64,000 nucleotides of DNA from Bacilli bacterium. Its GTDB lineage: Bacteria > Bacillota_I > Bacilli_A > RFN20 > CAG-826. The stretch lies in the NCBI GenBank assembly GCA_036649855.1, contig JAVWAV010000001.1:22823-86822 (forward strand), given 5' to 3'. This document shows positions 57,642-64,000 of this stretch, one piece after another; positions within the stretch are counted from its first letter, which is position 1; each line of letters starts with the position of its first letter. Under the pieces are notes generated by a model. That model worked only from the letters and a program-made list of their open reading frames with translations. It was not told where the DNA came from and did no database searches. Made by a program: the position numbers and the translations under genes.

Positions 57642-59603
57642 ATGGTAGATACAAATTTAAAAATACACAAATATGATGAAACTGATATTCAGGTTTTAGA
57701 AGGGCTAGAAGGCGTTAGAGTTAGACCAGCAATGTACATTGGTTCTACTAATTCTACAGGTCTTCACCACTTAGTTTGGGAAATCATCGATAACTCTGTT
57801 GACGAGGCATTAAACGGATTTGGAAATAAAATTTCTGTATGCATTCATAAAGATGGATCAATCACTATTTCTGATGAAGGACGTGGTATTCCATGTGGCA
57901 TTCATAAAAAAGAAAACATACCTACTATTCAATTAATTTTATCAACGCTTCATAGTGGCGGTAAATTTAATGATAATGCATATTCTTCTAGTGCTGGATT
58001 ACACGGCGTCGGAAGTAGCGTTACAAACGCTCTTTCCGAATTTTTTGATGCAACAATTTATAGAGATAATAAAATATATCATATAAGATTTGAAAAAGGT
58101 GGTTCAATTTTAAGTGTGCCACTTGAAATATTAGGCAATACAAATAAACATGGATCAGTTATTACTTTTAAACCTGACCATAAAATATTTCAAGTGGCTG
58201 ACTTTAAATACGATATAATAAGAAACCATTTACAAGAATCGGCTTTCCTTTTAGGTAATGTTCACTTTTTATTAACTGATGAAAGAATTGATAGTACAGA
58301 AGAATTTTACTATAAAGATGGTTTAATTGAATATATAAATACAATTAATGAAAATAAAACGCCATTAAATGCTCCTATTTATTTTGAAGACAACAAAGAC
58401 GAAATTAAAATTCAAATTGCATTTCAATATTGTGTAAATGATTATAACGAAACGTTATTATCATATGTTAATAACATCAGAACTAAAGATGGCGGAACTC
58501 ATGAAACTGGTTTTAAAATCGCTATCACAAGAGCAGTTAATGATTTTGCAGAAGAAAGCAAACTTTTAAAAAACAAGTTAAAATTCGAAGCTAACGATAT
58601 AAGAGAAGGATTGACTGCTATTATTGCTTTAAAAATTCCGGAATCAATTCTTGAATTTGAAGGGCAAACTAAAGGTAAGTTAGGTACTCAAGAAGCTGTT
58701 AGCATTGTTTCAAACTTTTTTTATAACGAATTGATTCACTATTTAAATGAAAATAAAGAATTTTCATTAAACCTTATTTCTAAATGCTTAGAGTCTCAAA
58801 GAGTACGTGTTGCTTCAAGAAAAGCAAAAGAAGACATAAGAGCAAATAAAAAAGTGAAAAACGATGTTACTTTATCCAAAAAATTAACATCTGCTCAATC
58901 TAAAGACTATAAAAATAATGAATTATTCATTGTTGAAGGCGATTCTGCCGGTGGTAGCGCCAAAAAAGGAAGAGACTATGTTCATCAAGCAATTTTACCT
59001 TTAAGAGGAAAACCTTTAAACGTTGAATCAATTGGTATGGACAAAATGCTTAAAAACGAAGAATTTGCAACAATAATTAGCACAATAGGAGCTGGTGTTG
59101 GACAAGAATTTGATGTAACTGATTCTCATTATGGGAAAATAATAATTATGACTGATGCCGATACTGATGGAGCACATATTCAAACATTATTATTAACATT
59201 TTTCTATTATTATATGAGACCATTAATTACAAATGGAATGGTATATGTTGCTGTACCACCACTTTATAGAGTATCAAAAGATGCTAGTAGTAGTAAAAAA
59301 ATGACAGAAATATATTGTTGGAATGACGACGATTTAGAAGCTGCTAAGAAAAAAATAGGCAATGGATACAAAATTTCTCGTTATAAAGGTTTAGGTGAGA
59401 TGAATGCTGATCAATTAAAAGACACGACAATGAGAAAAGAAACTCGTATGCTTCTTAAAGTAGATGTTGAAGATCCATTATTAGTTGAAAGACGCATAAA
59501 TGTGTTGATGGGAAACGATGTTGTTCAAAGGAAAAAATGGGTTGAAGAAAACGTTAATTTTAGTGAACAAGATAATTTTAAGGATAAAGTAAAAAATGGC
59601 TAA
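57642..59603 (+). CDS. parE: DNA topoisomerase IV subunit B
   Basis: GHKL ATPase (IQVLEGLEGVRVRPAMYIGST, EIIDNSVDE), TOPRIM (ELFIVEGDSAGGSAK, IMTDADTDGAHI). The plsY-parE-parC context favours ParE over GyrB. The start is set at ATG 57642, 9 nt after TATAAT 57627-57632; the longest ORF starts at TTG 57624. Confidence 0.88.
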   Translation: MVDTNLKIHKYDETDIQVLEGLEGVRVRPAMYIGSTNSTGLHHLVWEIIDNSVDEALNGFGNKISVCIHKDGSITISDEGRGIPCGIHKKENIPTIQLILSTLHSGGKFNDNAYSSSAGLHGVGSSVTNALSEFFDATIYRDNKIYHIRFEKGGSILSVPLEILGNTNKHGSVITFKPDHKIFQVADFKYDIIRNHLQESAFLLGNVHFLLTDERIDSTEEFYYKDGLIEYINTINENKTPLNAPIYFEDNKDEIKIQIAFQYCVNDYNETLLSYVNNIRTKDGGTHETGFKIAITRAVNDFAEESKLLKNKLKFEANDIREGLTAIIALKIPESILEFEGQTKGKLGTQEAVSIVSNFFYNELIHYLNENKEFSLNLISKCLESQRVRVASRKAKEDIRANKKVKNDVTLSKKLTSAQSKDYKNNELFIVEGDSAGGSAKKGRDYVHQAILPLRGKPLNVESIGMDKMLKNEEFATIISTIGAGVGQEFDVTDSHYGKIIIMTDADTDGAHIQTLLLTFFYYYMRPLITNGMVYVAVPPLYRVSKDASSSKKMTEIYCWNDDDLEAAKKKIGNGYKISRYKGLGEMNADQLKDTTMRKETRMLLKVDVEDPLLVERRINVLMGNDVVQRKKWVEENVNFSEQDNFKDKVKNG

Positions 59604-62166
59604 GAAGAAAGAAATAGAACAAAACGTTATAGTTGAAAATATAATATCATCGCCATTAGACGATTTAATGGGCAATTGTTATTCAATATATGCTAAAGAC
59701 GTTATTCAAAATAGAGCAATACCTGACGTTAGAGATGGATTAAAACCTGTTCAAAGACGAATCATTTTTTCAATGTACAAAAACTCGATGTTTTTTGATA
59801 AACCAACTAAAAAATGCGCTCGTATTGTTGGCGATGTTATAGGTAAATATCATCCACATGGTGATTTTTCGATTTACGAAGCACTAGCTAGAATGTCCCA
59901 AGATTGGAAAATAAATATGCCATTAATTCATTTTCAAGGAAATAATGGTTCAATTGATGGAGATGGACCTGCTGCTTATCGTTATACTGAAGCTAAATTA
60001 TCACTTCTTGCAGAAGAATTGGTTAAAGATATTGAAAAAAATACTGTTGATATGAATCTTAACTTTGATGACACCGAATTAGAACCAGCTGTGTTACCAA
60101 GTTTTTTCCCAAATTTATATGTAAATGGAGCAAATGGAATTGCTGTTGCTTTAGCAACTGAAATTCCACCGCATAATCTCGTTGAAATTGATGATGCAAT
60201 CATTTATACCCTTACTCATAAAACCGTTTCTATCGATGATTTATTACAGTTTGTGAAAGGACCAGACTTTCCAACGGGAGGAGTTATCTATAATTCTAGC
60301 GGAATAAGAGATATCTATGCAACCGGTAGGGGACGAATTGAATTAGCAGCAAAAGTTGAACTTACAGAAGATAAAGTAGCTAAATATATTGTTATTACTG
60401 AAATACCTTATCAATTAAATAAAAAAGATTTAGTAAGTGAAATTGAAAAAGTAAAAATAAATCACGAAGTTGACGGCATTCTTGAAGTACGCGATGAAAC
60501 TGAAATGCATGGCGTTAGAATTGTTGTTGATATTAAGCCTGAATGTGATTCGAAATTAATTCTTCAATATTTGTTAAATAAAACACCATTAAAATCATTT
60601 TATAGTGCAAATATTGTCGCAATATGTGATGGAAGACCACGTACGTTAGATTTAATTTCATATATTCACTATTATATTGATTTCCAAAGAGAAATTATTA
60701 CTAGACGTTCTCAATTTATATTAGATAAAGATGAAGCTAGACTTCATATTGTTGAAGGCTTATATAAAGCTACTTTAATTGTTGATAAAATTGTGCAAGT
60801 AATTAAACAATCTTTAAATAAAGCCGACGCCAAAATTCATTTACAAGAGAATTTTGGCTTCTCCGAAATACAATCGGAAGCAATTGTTAATTTACAATTA
60901 TATAAATTAACAAATACTGATGTTGATTTATTCTTGCAAGAAATGAATGCTCTAAAAGCAGAAATTATTGAGTTAAAACTAATTTTGACAAATGAAAAGA
61001 AATTAGATGAAGCTATTATTAATGATTTAAAATATATTTCTAAAAAATATGGTATTGCAAGAAGAACGGAAATAATCGAAAAAGAAGATGAAATTCAAAT
61101 AAGTGCTAGAGATCTAATCCTTAATGAACCAGTAATGTTAGCAATTACAAGAGATGGGTATGTAAAGTGCTCTTCTATTAAATCTTACAAATCGTCAAAC
61201 AGTGTTCTTCCTGGAATTAAGCCTAAAGATTGTCTCGTTTGCGCTGACCAAGTTGATACAATTGATTTTGTCTTAGCATTTACAAGCAAAGGAAACTTTT
61301 TGTTTATTCCAGTTCACGAAATTCAAGATGGAAAATGGAAAGATGAAGGGAAACACATAAATTACCTCATTAATCTACCATTTGATGAAAAAATAATTAA
61401 ATGTTTTGTTATAAAAGATTTTAATGTTCCGGCATTTGTTGTTTCTGTAACAAAAAAAGGACAAATAAAGAGAACTCAATTAAAAGATTTCTATGCTTTA
61501 CGTTATAGCAAACCTGTTTGCATGATGAAAATGGTTAAAAACGATGAATTAGCTGATGTAGTGATTACATCTGGAAATGATAATATTCTTGTTATTAGCT
61601 CAATTGGAAATTCAACATTCTTTAACGAAAATCAATTATCAGTTCTTGCAAACAAGACTGCAGGCGTTAAATCAATGAATAGTTTAAAAGATTCTAGCGT
61701 TGTTTCATTGCTTAATTTTAGACAAGATGAAAAAGGTAAAATATTATTGCTTACAGACAAAGGCCACACAAGAATCTTTGATTGTAGCAATCTTGTATTA
61801 ACGCAGCGTTTAGGAAAATCAGTAGAAATATATAAATCATTTAAATCTGATTTACATCAAACTATTTATTCAACCAAATTAAATAAAACTCTTTCTAATG
61901 TCCATTTATTTACACTTGATTCAAATCTTGTTATGCACGAATTTGATATAAATGATTTCTATGTGAGTCCAACAAAAAATGCAAAAGATAATCTTGGAAT
62001 GAATAATCAATATGTATTATCTTTAGTATTTAATACCGATGTTAAACATATAGATAGTAATTTTGAAACTTTTGCAGTAGAAAAAGAACAAGATAAAGAC
62101 GAAAAAGAAACTGATGAAAACGATCCGTATCAACAAATTTCGATTTTTGATGATTTAGGTGACTAG
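59596..62166 (+). CDS. parC: DNA topoisomerase IV subunit A
   Basis: The ParC-type N-terminus reads LMGNCYSIYAKDVIQNRAIPDVRDGLKPVQRRI. The catalytic-Tyr region is AAYRYTEAKL. No GyrA-box (QRRGGKG) was seen in the C-terminal domain. Confidence 0.88.
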   Translation: MAKKKEIEQNVIVENIISSPLDDLMGNCYSIYAKDVIQNRAIPDVRDGLKPVQRRIIFSMYKNSMFFDKPTKKCARIVGDVIGKYHPHGDFSIYEALARMSQDWKINMPLIHFQGNNGSIDGDGPAAYRYTEAKLSLLAEELVKDIEKNTVDMNLNFDDTELEPAVLPSFFPNLYVNGANGIAVALATEIPPHNLVEIDDAIIYTLTHKTVSIDDLLQFVKGPDFPTGGVIYNSSGIRDIYATGRGRIELAAKVELTEDKVAKYIVITEIPYQLNKKDLVSEIEKVKINHEVDGILEVRDETEMHGVRIVVDIKPECDSKLILQYLLNKTPLKSFYSANIVAICDGRPRTLDLISYIHYYIDFQREIITRRSQFILDKDEARLHIVEGLYKATLIVDKIVQVIKQSLNKADAKIHLQENFGFSEIQSEAIVNLQLYKLTNTDVDLFLQEMNALKAEIIELKLILTNEKKLDEAIINDLKYISKKYGIARRTEIIEKEDEIQISARDLILNEPVMLAITRDGYVKCSSIKSYKSSNSVLPGIKPKDCLVCADQVDTIDFVLAFTSKGNFLFIPVHEIQDGKWKDEGKHINYLINLPFDEKIIKCFVIKDFNVPAFVVSVTKKGQIKRTQLKDFYALRYSKPVCMMKMVKNDELADVVITSGNDNILVISSIGNSTFFNENQLSVLANKTAGVKSMNSLKDSSVVSLLNFRQDEKGKILLLTDKGHTRIFDCSNLVLTQRLGKSVEIYKSFKSDLHQTIYSTKLNKTLSNVHLFTLDSNLVMHEFDINDFYVSPTKNAKDNLGMNNQYVLSLVFNTDVKHIDSNFETFAVEKEQDKDEKETDENDPYQQISIFDDLGD

Positions 62167-62218
62167 TTGGTTTTTCAAAAAATAAAGTATATAATTGTTA
62201 AGTATTTGGAGGTAAATT

Positions 62219-62668
62219 ATGTCAAATATACACAATAATCAAATATTTGTTATAGGTTGCGGCAATTTAGGTTCTGCAATTGCAACAAAATTATCAGATC
62301 GTGGATTCGAAGTGTCTGTTATCGATACAAAAGCTAAAGCCTTTGATAAATTAACCGATTCTTTTAGTGGCTACATGATTGAAGCAGATGCAACTGATAT
62401 TCAAACACTAGAATTTAATAACGTCGAGAATTCAAAGCTTGTTGTTATTGCAACAAATAATGACAATATTAATATTTATCTTTCACATTTACTTGTCACC
62501 AAGTTTAATGTTCTTAAAATAATTGTTAGATTAAATGATCAAAATAAAAAAATCTTACTTGATGATATAAAAAATTGTTATCCAATTTTCCCATTCTCAT
62601 TATGTCTTGATTGTTTTGATGATCTTTTTGCAGAAAAAATAGATGTTAGTGATGCGGAGGAAGAATAA
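62219..62668 (+). CDS. TrkA-N (RCK N-terminal, NAD-binding) domain protein
   Basis: 149 aa with the Rossmann motif VIGCGNLGSAIA. SD GGAGG. It lies directly upstream of a second TrkA-like gene. Confidence 0.7.
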   Translation: MSNIHNNQIFVIGCGNLGSAIATKLSDRGFEVSVIDTKAKAFDKLTDSFSGYMIEADATDIQTLEFNNVENSKLVVIATNNDNINIYLSHLLVTKFNVLKIIVRLNDQNKKILLDDIKNCYPIFPFSLCLDCFDDLFAEKIDVSDAEEE

Positions 62669-63331
62669 ATGAGAGCAGTTATCGCTGGCGGAACACATGA
62701 AGCAGACTATATTGTTTCGCTGTTTAAAAAGAACGGATATGACATTATTGTAATTAATAATGATCCAATTTGGGCCAAATATATATCAAAAAAGAATTCT
62801 ATCGATGTTTTTCAAGGCGATCAAACAAAGTTATTTGTTTTAGAAGAAGCTGAAATTCATGATGCTGACGTTTTTTTAGCATTAAGTAGCAATGACATTG
62901 ACAACTATGTCGCATGTATTATGGCAAAAAACGTTTTTAAAGTAACTAAAGTCGTTTGTACTGTTGTTAACCCAAAAAACGTTGAACTTTTTAGAGAATT
63001 AGGCATTGAAGGAGTTGTTTCCTCAACTTATTTACTTGCTAACAAAGTTTTTATTGAATCTTCAATTGATGAAATGCAAAAAGTTCTTTCTATTGAAAAC
63101 GATAAAATCGTTATTAGTGAAATAGAAGTAGCTCCAAACACAAGACTAGATCAAGAATATCTTAAAAATATTAAATTTCCAGTTGATGCAACGATTTCAT
63201 GCATCTATAGAGATCCAGATGTAATTATTCCATTTGGTGGCACTTTAATAAAAAGCGGAGACAAAATTGTTGTTGTTACAATAAAAGAAAACTTGGATAA
63301 AGTTACTGATTTTATTAACACAGAAAAATAA
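62669..63331 (+). CDS. trkA: Trk/Ktr system potassium uptake regulatory protein (RCK N + C domains)
   Basis: 220 aa with an RCK N-domain (degenerate glycine motif VIAGGTHEA) and a TrkA-C domain (ISEIEV...GDKIVVV). Confidence 0.72.
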   Translation: MRAVIAGGTHEADYIVSLFKKNGYDIIVINNDPIWAKYISKKNSIDVFQGDQTKLFVLEEAEIHDADVFLALSSNDIDNYVACIMAKNVFKVTKVVCTVVNPKNVELFRELGIEGVVSSTYLLANKVFIESSIDEMQKVLSIENDKIVISEIEVAPNTRLDQEYLKNIKFPVDATISCIYRDPDVIIPFGGTLIKSGDKIVVVTIKENLDKVTDFINTEK

Positions 63332-63334
63332 GAT

Positions 63335-64000
63335 ATGGATGAAGTAAAAGATAAACCTGTAGTAGGTTTTAAACTGGTGATTGGATATTTAGGTATATTA
63401 TTGATGATTTTAGGAGTAATCATCCTTTTACCAATGCTGACATTTTTAGCCTATCCTGAAGAAGCTGCCGATAACTGGTATGCTTTTTTTGGCCCTGGCA
63501 TGGGATTTATTATAATTGGTTTTTTGTTATTTCTTTTTATATTTAAAAAAGAAAAGGGACGTTTAGCTAAATATGAAGATACTATATTAGTTTTATTAAC
63601 ATGGTCATTTATTTACTTGGGTGGCGCTATTCCATTATTATTTTTAAAAGAATTTAATTTCGACTATACGAAAGCTCTATTTGAAGCAACAAGCGGATTT
63701 ACAACCACCGGGTTTAGTGCAATTGCTAATTACGAAGCAGTTCCAAAGGTTTTCTTTATTTATAGAAGTTTAACTCATTTTGTTGGCGGTGTTGGTCTAG
63801 TTTTAATTTTGACCAGTGCAATTAGTGACAGACATAACATGAGACTTTATACGGCTGACGGGCACAATGATAGGTTATTGCCAAATATTGTCAAATCCGC
63901 CCGTATTATATTTAGCATTTACATTTCATATATAATCATTGGATCATTGTGCCTCTTTGCAGTCGGCTATAATGATGGGATGACGTATTTTGAGGCTTTT
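63335..64000 (+). CDS. trkH: TrkH/KtrB-family potassium transporter, N-terminal part (3' end outside window)
   Basis: Hand translation from ATG 63335 stays open to the window end. It is polytopic, with ATSGFTTTGFS and HFVGGVGLVL selectivity-filter-like motifs typical of TrkH. Confidence 0.8.
   Translation, partial: MDEVKDKPVVGFKLVIGYLGILLMILGVIILLPMLTFLAYPEEAADNWYAFFGPGMGFIIIGFLLFLFIFKKEKGRLAKYEDTILVLLTWSFIYLGGAIPLLFLKEFNFDYTKALFEATSGFTTTGFSAIANYEAVPKVFFIYRSLTHFVGGVGLVLILTSAISDRHNMRLYTADGHNDRLLPNIVKSARIIFSIYISYIIIGSLCLFAVGYNDGMTYFEAF

Noticed and set aside
57642-62166. Calling the type IIA topoisomerase pair gyrB/gyrA
   Set aside because: The N-terminus of the A subunit is ParC-like (LMG...Y.K..IQ.RA.PD.RDGLKPVQRR). 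No GyrA box was seen in the C-terminal domain. The plsY-parE-parC arrangement matches Bacillus. Some residual uncertainty is acknowledged.
1-64000. Search for tRNA, rRNA, transposase/integrase, CRISPR repeats and toxin-antitoxin or restriction-modification genes
   Set aside because: No T-loop (GGTTCGAAT-type) sequences, rRNA-like stretches, repeat-spacer arrays or recognisable mobile or defence gene products were seen. All intergenic regions are under about 340 nt and are accounted for by promoters, leaders and terminators.

Overview
This is a very AT-rich, gene-dense chromosomal segment with about 66 protein genes, nearly all on the + strand. It uses the standard genetic code: TGA ends several genes and Trp is TGG. 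The content is core housekeeping. Gene order is largely collinear with the Bacillus subtilis yrv/yrr, yqe/yqf and yne regions: rarA / dtd-mnmA / T-box-alaS-ruvX-DUF1292 / greA / comEA-comEC-holA / rpsT / lepA ... hemW-hrcA-grpE-dnaK-dnaJ ... rsmE ... mtaB / rpmF / deoC / rpsU ... ybeY-cdd-era-recO-glyQS-dnaG-sigA-trmK-nif3 / ispH / cshB-nfo / ispG / rpmG / efp / yneF / plsY / parE-parC. A Trk potassium-uptake cluster follows and runs off the 3' edge. Sporulation genes that sit in these blocks in Bacillus are absent. Together with the base composition, this suggests a reduced-genome Bacillota or Mollicutes-like organism that uses code 11 (inference only). I saw no rRNA, tRNA, CRISPR array, transposase, integrase or prophage gene. 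The RNA and regulatory elements I can support are a T-box leader before alaS, two CIRCE operators around a consensus promoter before hrcA, several intrinsic terminators and a few promoters. Two ribosomal protein genes below the ORF-track size cutoff, rpsU and rpmG, were found by eye. I did not find a convincing multi-gene novel system; there is no defence-island-like cluster. Items most worth a second look: (1) a recurrent TATAAT-N6-ATG architecture implying that at least ten genes are leaderless; (2) a 51-nt terminator/SD/ATG cassette present twice; (3) 11-nt-periodic ACTACTAAT arrays at three gene 3' ends; (4) insertions into the conserved backbone, namely a degenerate Fic-like protein plus a small membrane protein between lepA and hemW, and an orphan C39-peptidase/ABC-membrane-domain protein without an ATPase between rpsU and ybeY; (5) unusual versions of core proteins, namely a PD-(D/E)XK nuclease fused to an XPD/DinG-type helicase, a GreA with a ~110-aa insertion, and an RNase J with degenerate metal ligands.
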